This document shows positions 53,301 through 64,000 of a stretch of 64,000 nucleotides of DNA, one piece after another. Position numbers and translations under genes: made by a program. Where the stretch lies: the NCBI GenBank assembly GCA_043228905.1, contig JBHGNT010000012.1:9114001-9178000 (forward strand), read 5' to 3'. Numbering within the stretch: the first letter of the stretch is position 1; every line of letters begins with the position of its first letter. The stretch comes from Azolla caroliniana. Taxonomy: Eukaryota > Plantae > Polypodiophyta. The notes under the pieces were generated by a model. The model was not told where the DNA came from. It saw only the letters and a program-made list of their open reading frames with translations, and did not search any database.

Positions 53301-55783
53301 ACGTCGCGGCTGACACGCACTTGTTTGGTGCAAGGGTTATAGCACTTATAATCCTTCTGCTCGTCCGAGTAACTGACCAAGATGCACTTCTCGGCCTTTG
53401 CGTCCAGCTTCCTCCTTTTCTCCTTCGGTACATGCACATATGCAATGCTACGGAACACCCTCAAGTGTCGCAAGTTCGGCTTCGTTCCGAAATATAGCTC
53501 ATGCGCCGACACTTTGTCTCCGATCCGGTTCTGGATGTATACCGTGGTCCTCACCGCCTCGACCCAGTAGAACTTGGGCAAGCTCTTCTCCTCCAGCATT
53601 GCCCATGCCGATTCCACAACTGACCGATTCTTCCTCTCGGCCACGCTGTTCTGCTCTGGCGTGTATCTACAACTGAATTCGCGCCGAATTCACATTTGTT
53701 GTAGATAACCGTTGAATTGACCGGAAAAGTACTCTTTCCCGCCATCCGACCGCAGACACTTGATCTTTCGTTCCGTTTCCGTTTCCACGAACCCTTTGAG
53801 GTCCTGGAAACAGTCGAAGACTTCGCTCTTCCTCTTTCGGCCACTAAATTTGGGCAATCCGAATACTACCTGTTTCGATTGCAGATCTTGAAGCCGTGGG
53901 TATAGTCCGCCACAAGTCGATGTCCGACTCGGTCTTTTGTCCCTTCACGAACATTGCGGTGCCGCCGTCAGTGGAGTCGAGGATGAACATCCTCCCGTCT
54001 CTGCGCCCTTGCGCAATCACACGGCCCTCTTCCTCAATGAAGCACCCGAGGTGTGTAAACCGAACCTCCATCCCTTGGTCGACGATCTGTCCGACCGAGA
54101 CCAAGTTTTTCGTGATTGTAGGAACATGCAGCACGTTCATGAGTTTCCCTTTCTGCCCGACATGGCTAAGGGGAACTTCTCCGACATTCGCGATCGGATG
54201 CGGAGTGTCGTCTCCTGTTGCGACTACTCCAGGTTGTATCGGTTTTTCAAGGTACGAGAACCACTCCTTATGGCTCGTCATGTGGTTTGACGTGCCGGAG
54301 TCTACGTACCACACCTCGTCCGATCTCGGGGTGCTCTGTTTCATTGAGTTTGCTTCGTGTCTCGTCACGAAGACAGACCCTTCTCCGGCTCTCCCGGAGC
54401 CTTCGGCGTAGTGCGATCGCTGCCGATTTCCCTTATGGGTATGTCCGGAGCCGTTTTCGGAACCGGTTCTCTCCAAATCGGCACGCTTCTTCCAGCACTC
54501 ACTTTCCCTGTGGCCTTTCTTTCCACAGTACCAACACTCCGAAATGGCCTTCCCTTGCCGGTTCTCATTGCTTCGACTCCCCCTGTTTTCGGAGGGTCCG
54601 GAGTTGTTGTCGGCATCACTTCGGTGCCTTCTTCCTTGATCTCGTCGGCCGCTTCCATTGCGTACCGACTTGCCTCGTCCACCACGACCACGGGGCCTTT
54701 CTCCATCCGTGTACAATATCTTGTTGTTGGTGTGCGTGCTCGTCGATGCACCCTCGTGGTTCTCCTGTACCAGGAGCATCGACTGTAAGTCGAAAAAGGA
54801 CGGCGTATTCTCCCGGGTACACACAGCCGTTCGGAACGCTCCGAACTTCGACGCCAAAACTCCAAGACAGATCTGGACCATCTCACTCTCCTCGATGCTC
54901 ACTTCTATGGAGGCGAGGGAGTCGCAAATATCCTTGATCTTCGAGGTATAGTCCGCCACCAACAAATCGCGTTGTCGTAGGTTGCTCAACTCCTGTCGGA
55001 GCTGAAGCTTCCTGGCTGTGGTGCTCGCGGCGAAAATCTTCTTCAGATTTTCCCACGCACCCTTCGGCGTCTTTGCATCCCGAACATAGCTCAATAGTTG
55101 TTCGCCCACACACGACGCGAAGCAGTATAATACCCTGCTCGCCAATTGCTCCCACGATGGGAAGTCTCTGTGTGTCGATTCGGGTGCCGCATCATTAGCT
55201 CTTTCGACATAACTCCAGTAACCGTGTCCGAGCAGGTACCGGTGCATCTTGTAGGACCAAGACGCATAGTTGGTTCTGGTGAGCTTCTCTGATGGAAGCG
55301 ACCTCGCCATGCCTCTATCCATCGTTCTTCTTGTTCTTCTTCGTCAAGCTGTGTCGGCTGTAGAGAGGTTCTCAACCCTCGCGCTCTGATACCATTTAGA
55401 AAGTAGCGTGCGGAAGTAGGTATGAAGACCGAACAGAAGGAAGGAAACTTAGGTTCAATGGAGAGCTTGGGCTTACACGGTATACGCGGGAGAGATAGAG
55501 AGAGAGAGAATGCAGAAAACTATATTCAATAATAATACTCAGTCTGTACATAAGACGTGCTCGGTGAACACTTTTATACAAGTCCTAGAAGGACTGACAG
55601 AAGTACTAATAGTACTTCAATGCTCATCAAGAGCTCCTACACTAATTCCCAAATATATTCCTCACGGAATATCTTTCCTAACGACTTCCCGGTTTACGCA
55701 CTCGGCCTAACCGATCGGTCCCAACCGATCCGGTCCTCGGCTTCTTCAGCCGATCTGGCCGATGTTGAGCTTGTCTCTCAACA
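50316..55783 (-). mobile_element. Element H: full-length Ty1/copia (possibly Bryco-like); LTRs 50316..50704 and 55395..55783
   Basis: Perfect TSD AGTCT. 389-bp LTRs. PBS TGGTATCAGAGC at 55383..55394. PPT ttgagggggag next to the left LTR. Confidence 0.95.
50699..55322 (-). pseudogene. Copia H gag-pol, frameshifted
   Basis: CWYCGKKGH, WYVDSG, IN 52991..53644, YKARLVAKG and LYVDDL RT, ADIFTKPL RNase H with a long C-terminal extension. Confidence 0.93.
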
Positions 55784-56185
55784 AGTCTATTACATAGCAA
55801 TCAATTCATCAATGTCATTTTCTTCATCATCTTGTGTAGAACTCTCTTCGACTATACGTGCATTGGCTTCCCCTGTTAGCCGAGCCAACGAAATATCTTC
55901 TATAAGCTCATCATCAAGCTCTATTAGCTCCCCCGGTTCCCCGGCTAACGGAGGAATAGGCTCTCGCGAAGCAGGTTGAAACCTTTTTGTATTAGCGGGG
56001 TTCTTTGCACCGACCTCTTGATCCTGGTCTCGGCACTCCCACAAAGCCCTAATCCTCATATTTATAAATATAACCTACTCCTCTTCCTTCTCCAATGCAA
56101 CTGTGTTTCTAAAGAGCTTCAATGCACATGCAGACGTCGTTCCTGTGAAGAAAATAACAAGAAGAATTAGTTGTCAAACAAAAAA

Positions 56186-56667
56186 GATTCGGTATTGGTT
56201 ATCTCAAGATCGTTACCCTAGTTCGAGGAATACCTGTGCTAGAAAAGAGATCTAATATCCAGTCTCCTTCGATAGAAAACATCTCGATCAAGCGCATCAT
56301 AAGTCGCTGAGGTTTTTGATATGGGTTGACAAGTTCCCGTTCTGTCGTGGCAACATGTCGCAATTTCCGTGTCACTGCTGGATATACCAGCAGATTTGAA
56401 CCTCCCACTTCATTAGAATACTCCTTGATTCAGTATTGGTTATCTCAAGATCGTTACCCTAGTTTGAGGAATACCTGTGCCAAAAAAGAGATCTAATATC
56501 CAGTCTCCTTCGATAGAAAACATCTCGATCAAGCGCATCATAAGTCGCTGAGGTTTTTGATATGGGTTGACAAGTCCCCGTTCTGTCGTGGCAACATGTC
56601 GCAATTTCCGTGTCACTGCTGGATATACCATCAGATTTGAACCTCCCACTTCATTAGAATGCTCCTT
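56186..56667. repeat. 241-bp tandem duplication covering the SAM-binding exon end and splice donor
   Basis: Copies 56186..56426 and 56427..56667, bounded by gattc. Confidence 0.92.
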
Positions 56668-59650
56668 GATTCTTTGTTTCTTAATTTCATCGAAGTACCC
56701 AACCATGATGTATTCAATGGCATTAACGAACCGAAATGTTAGCCCTCTATTTACATTGGTTTTTATCCTATAAAAAATAATACATCGAGTTAAGAATAGA
56801 TTGAACAACCTTAAGAAATGCAATATAGTGAATGAGACCTATAAATAATCCTTACCATGCAAGGTTCTCGATGCCATGGCAACGAGATCTCAAAGCTTGA
56901 GCTACCGAGTACCCTTGGTCCATACTATGAAAGACAACTATTCGCCACAAGTATGCAATCATTAGCTCAGCGAAATCCTTGACAATCTTCTCCAACTATT
57001 TAAACCTAAACGGTTCATCGTCGTATGATGACCCAGCCATTCAAAATCGGTAAGGAATATCCGCAATCATTAGCGTATATTCCTTCTTTGGCAATTTTTG
57101 GATCAAGTCGATGACATCGCCGCAAACCACATTGTAGTAAAGATATCTCGTAATATCTTTTTTGTGGCTAAATTTTTTAAAGGAGCCATCTTCCTCCATT
57201 TCGTACGCCTTGACAAAATCGACGATCCTTTTCTTTTTTGGCTCACTCGAGATGTGCAAGGAAGGATGTAGGGAAATCGTGTATATCCTTAACTTCTCCT
57301 TGTTTCTTGCCACGATACGGTTTCTAATAGAAGCAATAGGACATCAAGTATTATTATACAAGCTCTACATATGATGAAAGCGTAATGAAAAACCACCAAT
57401 ACTAACCCAATCCTTGAATGCAATAAAATACTCCGATAACTCCTTATATGAAGACGTTAGAGGATAATCCTCGGTCACTTGTTCCCAAGTTATACATCCA
57501 AGTTGTTTCATCATAACTTCTTGGATCTTCATGTACACCTTATGACTGTAAAATTAGAAATCAAGATTAGAACTTTGAATTACACCATATAGACTTCAAT
57601 ATCAGTATTTGAAAGACTTACTTATTGAACTCAGTGACCATTTCTTCAAGGGTTAAATCTTTGGCCACAACCCTTGACAAAACAGACACAAGAAGCTGCT
57701 CGTCCTTAATACCTTGCATTGCTCTCCATAGAGACAACTTCATGTTGATAGCTGCTTCTTCAATTGTCAAGTCAATTTTCTTGGCCTCTTGTGACTTTAA
57801 CTCTAGTTGAGGGTCAACCTTACATTTCTTTTGTCGTTGACCCTTTACCTCCTTATTCTCCCACATTGAGAAGATTTGATCCTGTAGGTCCCATACTTCT
57901 CCATCTCTAAAGGCCAATTGAAACCAAGACTCATATTTTTGAAGACCATCGGACTTAACATTATCATCTACCACAATGACGACTTCATGTAGGCATTGAC
58001 GTCGTAGGCCTGGATGTAGCTTCACACCAAACTTTTGTTTCACGTCCAAATACTCGTGATGGGAGAACCTTATACGCTCAATCGACGACATTTTCTGCCT
58101 ATAGTCATTAGCATTATTGTGGTCCCATGCCAACAACTTTGCCTCTTCAGTTGTGAGCCCCACGTAAATTTTGCACTTGGCATACTTGAAGAAGAAAGTC
58201 GTTGGATGTTCTCTCACAAGTTGCCGACGTGCCTCCGCTGAATGCGATCCACTAATGACAAAGTAATTATATTGATCATGCTTTCTTATATCAAAATCTT
58301 CAATGGTTTCACATTCTTCAGGATCCACCATAACAATAAAAGGCACAACAGTGGCATGAGGATTAATTTTCATTTTTTTCTTGAGATTTTGAACATGCAT
58401 GCGGTGTGGCTCTCTAATCTCAAGTGGTCTTCGTCCTGTTTTTTCATCAATAGGGGGCCGATGGATGTGTGTTATAGGCAAATTAAACACTTGCCCTTTC
58501 CTGACCAGTTTACGCTACATTAACTCTCTCCCTATCTTATTTTGCTCGGATGACAACACACCCGATGCCAGCTCAACTCCTGGCGTCCCCTTAGTGTCCT
58601 CATTGCCGTTTTCACTTGATGAATCGAAGTCCGACATCTTGGTGGTCTTCTTCTTTGGTGGTCCTGATTGTACTTTAGATACCCTTTTTCTGGTCTTCAC
58701 TAGGGAGGGCAATTCCTCCCTTAGAGTTACATGGCCTTGTATATAAGGCCTCAAGGCAACAATAAGGTTTTGTGAGCTTTCAAGATATTTTTTGAACACT
58801 TTTGGCCCACAAGATTCCTTTACTAGAAGATTTTTTGAAAGGAACACTTTACGTACCCCCTTGGAGCACTCTATCATTACAAGTATGTTGGCCGAATCTG
58901 CATCTTCGTAGTCAAATCATAGAATACGGCCATACATAAATGGGGTTTCATTTTCAAGCTGACCCTCCCCCTTCTTCTTTGTTGTAGACAATATGACTTT
59001 TTTCTTTGAATCGACATATTGCATACACCATTCCTTGTCTGTTAGATCACGCTTAGGAAGGTCTTCACCTCCAGTAGCTGCTACAAGTTTCTTTTGGCTA
59101 AACTCAATGTGTGGTTGAGATTTTGTCTCCTCGTTGAAGAGAAGCTTTTTTCCTCTCTTCATGGACTCGGGAGCTATTAGGGTCTGTGTTTCAATTGGAG
59201 AACCCTGTATGCGGAGCTTTATCTTCTTCACAGGTCGGTTCGACAAGTTCTTAAATGACCTATTTAAGAAAGGACATGCGAAAACATCCGTTAGGTGGTC
59301 ACGTAGATTAAGGTTGTATATTAAAATACAAATAAGTAGATGAAGAAATAAACTAGCAGGCGATTTGTGGTGAACTATAAATATCAGTCACGCATTCAGT
59401 GTACATGGTAGTCCTATATTCAGAAATCTATTCTAGTAAGGGCTCTTCAAGTTAGAAAATATATATCGTAATAAGTATACAAGGATATATATTGTCTTAA
59501 TGGGCACGTATGACTTATATTGATTCTATATCCATATTGTAGACAATTTGCATATGATACACTTGAATTTGGTATCGTAAAGGTAATTTGTGGGTTATTT
59601 TCTACTATTTTAAGCTATAGTAGGTCATAAAACCTCTATAAAGAAGGCCC

Positions 59651-60232
59651 TGTTGGGAGACAGGTCCCTCCGGATGGGAAGAGAGAAGAACAGTGCCGAT
59701 GAACAAACCCGGTGAGAACCGGATGAGGAGTACCCGGCTACGGAGAGCCGGATGACACAGACCCGGTGAGAACCGGATGAGGAGTACCCGGCTACGAAGA
59801 GCCGGATGACGCAGACCCGGCGAGAACCGGATGAGGAGTACCCGACTACGGAGAGCCGGATGACGCAGACCCGGTGAGAACCGGATGAGGAGTACCCGGC
59901 CACGGAGAGCCGGATGACGTAGACCCGACGAGAACCGGATGAGGAGTACCCGGCTACGGAGAGCTAGATGATGCAGACCCAATGAGAACCGAATGAGGAG
60001 TACCCGGCTACGGAGAGCTAGATGACGCAGACCCGGTGAGAACCGGATGAGGAGTACCCGGTGAGAACCGGATGAGGAGACATATTCGTAAATATGTTTC
60101 TGAGAGTCCATCGAGGCTATATTTGTAAATAGCCGAAAAGTCATATTAGTATAAATATGACTTAGGGCAAACTTTTAGTTACTATTGTCGTTGTCATTTA
60201 TGTTTTGCACGAGATTAGAGCGCGTAACAGTG

Positions 60233-60275
<43 letters not shown>

Positions 60276-60546
60276 GTCGCTGCCTCTGTTGTAACCGCCG
60301 CCTGTGGCAAAGATCGTGAGCACGAGGTCGTTGCCTCTGTGAACTCATTGTTTGTACATTCCAACATAGTGATAGTTTGCAGCCTGTGGGCTGCCGTGGT
60401 TTTTCCCTTAGTTTGGGTTTTCCACGTAAACATCCTGTGTACCTTTTCTCTCCTTTGTGTCGTGCATTTACTTCCCGTTTTCTGTGTATGATTCTAAGCT
60501 CGGTTGTGGCCGAGCGTTGCGTATAAAGAACGAGTTGTTCTCGTTA
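59651..60546 (+). mobile_element. Solo LTR of the copia B family in intron 1 of the methyltransferase gene
   Basis: Similar to the B LTR; perfect TSD GGCCC; six full 54-bp repeats. Confidence 0.94.
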
Positions 60547-60660
60547 GGCCCCTATTTTTTAAAAATTAAGGCAAGTCAACATAAAAAAGACTGATTTTGA
60601 CAGAAAGTTTGATATCTTTTCTCACAAAACACAATATTCCTCTTTCAAGTTCTTGTTTTA

Positions 60661-61446
60661 TACAGGAACTCGATACGCCGTATTGTGTTCCTGTATATAG
60701 TTCGTGTTTGTACATGAAATCGATGCAGGGTATCGAGTTCGTGTATCAAACACATTACACAGGAACTCGATACGGTGTATCGAGTTCTTGTATAAAAAAG
60801 AGTTACATAACTCTGGGACTCGATACGGCGTATCGAGTTCCTGTATAATATTTGTGTTTTAAACAGGAACTCGATACGCCGTATCGAGTTCTTGTATAAA
60901 ACACAAATATTATATAGGAACTCAATACGCCGTATTGAGTTCCTGTTTAAAAAGCAAAGAAAATAGAGGAACTCGATACGGCATATCGAGTTCCTGTTTA
61001 AAACCTAAACTTCAAACAAGAACTCGATATGCCGTATCGAGTTCCTGTTTAAAAAGCAAAGAAAATAGAGGAACTCGATACGGCGTATCGAGTTCCTGTT
61101 TAAAACCTAAACTTTAAACAGGAACTCGATACACCGTATCGAGTTCCTGTTTAAAAAGCAAAGAAAATAGAGGAACTTGATACGGCGTATCGAGTTCCTG
61201 TTTAACTTTAAACAGGAACTCGATACGCCGTATTAAGTTCCTGTTTAAAAAGCAAAGAAAATAGAGGAACTCGATACGTCGTATTGACTTCTTGTATAAA
61301 ATCTAAACTTCAAACAGGAACTTGATACGCCGTATCGAGTTCTTGTTTAAAAAGCAAAGAAAATAAAGGAACTTGATACGCCGTATCGACTTCTTGTATA
61401 AAGTTTGTATTTTATAGAGGAACTCGATACGGCGTATCGAGTTCTT
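60661..61446. repeat. Array of 16 palindromes, consensus GGAACTCGATACG(C/G)CGTATCGAGTTCC, mostly at 51-bp period
   Basis: Cores start at ~60665, 60715, 60762, 60815, 60866, 60917, 60968, 61019, 61070, 61121, 61172, 61215, 61266, 61317, 61368 and 61419, separated by A-tract-rich spacers. Confidence 0.95.
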
Positions 61447-61529
61447 CAGTGACAAAACATATTTACAAAAATGTCCACAGTGTTAGAGGCCTACCTGGAG
61501 TCCTAGCGCTTGATTTTCCTTGAAGACAT

Positions 61530-62366
61530 GGTTGATCTTGTCTAAGTGTAGGCGGAGATCATGCTTTCGTGCTTCGTGCTCTGTGTGCTCTGTTCGCTCT
61601 GTGTGCTCTTGTATGCTCTTGTGTGCTCTTGTGAGTGAAATATGACGAGGTCTTCCTATTTATAGGGATTGACCACAGTGGTTAAAGTAACCACAGTCAC
61701 CTTAACTAGGGTTGGTAAGCTTGAGGTTAGTTAGTTAGTAACCACAGTCACATTAACCAGAGTAAATTATGATTGCATTAATGATTACATAGTCAAACTA
61801 ATATATTGATGAATATTTTATAGTCATAATAAATTACAATGACTTTAAAGGTCATGAAAGACACAATGATAGAGGTTCATGAATGAACCAATGATTGATT
61901 ACTGAAAGCAACATTTTTATGACTCTTAATTGCTTTGTATTAAAGATGTGGGCTTGAATGAACCAATGATTGATATGTCTAAGATTTAAAATGGTGGGCA
62001 TTAATGAACCAATGACTGAGAAGTTCTATATTAAATATGGGTGCCATTAATTAACCAATGATTTTAACTTTAATCCAACATATTTATGGCTTGGTAATGA
62101 TTGTAATTATATTATACTTGATTTAACTTCATATAGACCTAGTTTAAGTAATTATTGATATTTTAAATACAATTATTATATTAACAATAATATATTTTAT
62201 GTATTGTATTAATATAATATTAAATAATATAGACATTATATTGAGGAAGCTTTTGTTTAGAGAGGAGTTTATGTTTAGAGAGGAGTATATGTTTAGAGAG
62301 GAGCTTATTAGTTTTTTTCCATAGCCTAAACACATAACTTTAAGAGCCCTATCTAGACCTTAAGCC
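61530..62366. promoter_or_regulatory. Divergent promoter region between the methyltransferase and transposase genes
   Basis: TATAAATA on the minus strand at 61657..61664; four AACCAATGA motifs at ~61885-62062; repeated ACCACAGT. Confidence 0.55.
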
Positions 62367-64000
62367 ATGAGTGAAGATTCACCGTTCTCGATTGAAGAAT
62401 ATTGTTTGTCATCAAACTCATCGTTTTCTACTGAAGAGTATTGTTTGTCGACAGACTCACCATATTCTATCGAAGAGTATTGTCTGAGCTCATCTTCACC
62501 TACAAGGAATGTAAGTAATGACACATGTGAAGAGTTCTCTATTGAAGAATACGATATTAATAAAGATACGAAGAATGAAGGTAGTTCCAATGAAACATCG
62601 AATAACATTGGCGATGGTCACAACAAAGAATTGGATTGTAACAAGGTTACACCAACTTCTATTCAAGATGAGAAATCTGGAAGCCCTATGCATATTAGAA
62701 GAATCCCACGAGGAATTCGTCTAGCTAGATTTAGTTTGGTGACATTAGATAAACAGATTGGATTTGATGTCAAAAAAATATGTTGTGCCCGTGGTTGTAT
62801 GTCTATGATTGGAAAATCAAAGTTGCGAGAATTAAGGCGATACTATTTTTCGATGACTGGTGATGAGCAAGACACTTACCTCGGGTCACATATGCAACTA
62901 GTATCTGACAAATGTACGGGGATCAAAGTATCATTCGAGTATTATATCTTCCATGCGCAACAGATACGCAGAGTCGCATTCAAAATTGCGTTATGTGTTA
63001 GTAACATGCGACTACATAGAGTACAACAAGGTTTATTTAGCGGGGATCAGATGCTCAATTGTAAAGAGGTTCCAAGTATGAAAGGTGCAATTGGAAGACA
63101 TGCTATTGGTTGGATGAAAAGTTACTTTCAGTTAAATTGTGAAGTAATGCCCACTACAGGTAGGATGCACCTTTCTGATATGGTGGGCTCACGTAATAAG
63201 TCTGTCACATATAGCCAATTCACAAGATTATGGAGAGCTTGGTTTTCAAATGTTATCATTCCACGTAAAGTACGCATGGGGTATTGCTCCATTTGTGCAA
63301 ATCTTAAAAGTTTGGCTAAAGGTACAAAGACATCAATGGAAAAGGATATGAATAAGAAGTTACTACAAGAGCATCGTGAGGCACAATCGTTAGAACGATA
63401 GAAGGCGATGCATCATAGAGAGAAGTGTTTGAAGAGCCCCGAACAATACATGTGGTTAATGATAGATGGCATGGACCAGAAGAAGACGTGCTTGCCGCAT
63501 ATGCGGAGGCTCACCAAAGATGTCAATGATGAGTGCCTTGTTCAAATGCACTTGGTGGGATGCTTGGCTTATAATAAGTCTGTTGGACCTCACGTCTTCA
63601 TTACATACCCCAATGTTCACAATGACCCTAACCTAACAGTTACAGTGATTCACCGAGTTTTGATGTCTTGGGGCCAACCTTTCCCCCCTATTCTATACAT
63701 TCAATTGGACAATACTGCTAGAGAGAACAAAAATTCAACTGTGTTTGGCTATTTAAGTATGTTGGTCAACCAAGGATTGTCTAGGAAAGTGAAAGTCAAT
63801 TTTCTTTTGGTTGGCCACACACATGACCATATAGATAAGATGTTTAGCACATTCTCCAGATAGTTGTCTCGGCATGATGCTTTCACATTACCTAAAATAT
63901 TTGATGTCATTTGTGATGCATATACACCATGCCCGAAAGTGTTACACTTGAAGGAGGTATATGACTTTAAGAGATATATATCAGATGGGGGTGGTGGGAA
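62367..64000 (+). pseudogene. DUF7869 / Sola-like DDD-type transposase with in-frame TAGs at 63399 and 63861; runs off the window
   Basis: CC..C and CSIC..H zinc-like motifs, MIDGMDQ, QLDN..RENKN, FLLVGHTHDHID, VYDFK. One reading frame throughout. 13-aa N-terminal repeats. Confidence 0.75.

Larger units (their letters stand above)
55790..61529 (-). pseudogene. Spliced gene: ParB/Srx-like domain fused to a beta-class N6-adenine/N4-cytosine DNA methyltransferase
   Basis: Predicted exons 61529-61495, 59259-57622, 57545-57407, 57323-56856, 56767-56475 and 56142-55790, all with GT-AG introns in compatible phase. Motifs: ISGSHS (ParB-like), CGDVIDLI..MIADIPY (motif IV), W.K.N..E, NPYQKP..LDLFFGTGTT..ALE (motif X/I). 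Several C>T-type stops and one frameshift near 57220. Confidence 0.85.

Noticed and set aside
55790-59259. Bacterial contamination or prophage
   Set aside because: The gene has phase-compatible spliceosomal introns and plant LTR insertions with TSDs.
59605-60144. Repeat-protein ORFs (also the 5' part of 6153..7127, and 11430..11906)
   Set aside because: They are translations of the 54-bp LTR repeats.
60661-61446. CRISPR array
   Set aside because: Spacers are AT-rich and recur (two alternating types), units flip orientation, there are no cas genes, and the context is a eukaryotic intron.

Overview
Eukaryotic, plant-type heterochromatin, probably from an early-diverging land plant (inferred only from the element types). 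Positions ~1-55.8 kb are a deep nest of decayed LTR retrotransposons. There are four non-chromoviral Ty3/gypsy copies with tRNA-Arg primer sites, three of which show an extra 3' ORF. There are also several chromoviral Ty3/gypsy fragments, two full-length Ty1/copia elements and three solo LTRs with target-site duplications (TSDs). The right ~8 kb is different. It holds a spliced six-exon gene (minus strand, 61529->55790) encoding a ParB/Srx-like domain fused to a bacterial-type beta-class amino (N6-A/N4-C) DNA methyltransferase. Its first intron contains 16 phased 27-bp palindromes. It sits head-to-head with a DUF7869/Sola-like DDD transposase gene (62367->window end). This looks like a DNA transposon carrying its own DNA-modification module and a cis array, now inactivated by C>T stop codons. 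Second highlight: two gypsy families carry a tRNA-Arg 3'-end sequence where the polypurine tract (PPT) should be, giving primer-binding-like sites at both ends. All calls come from motif reading by eye; no searches were run.
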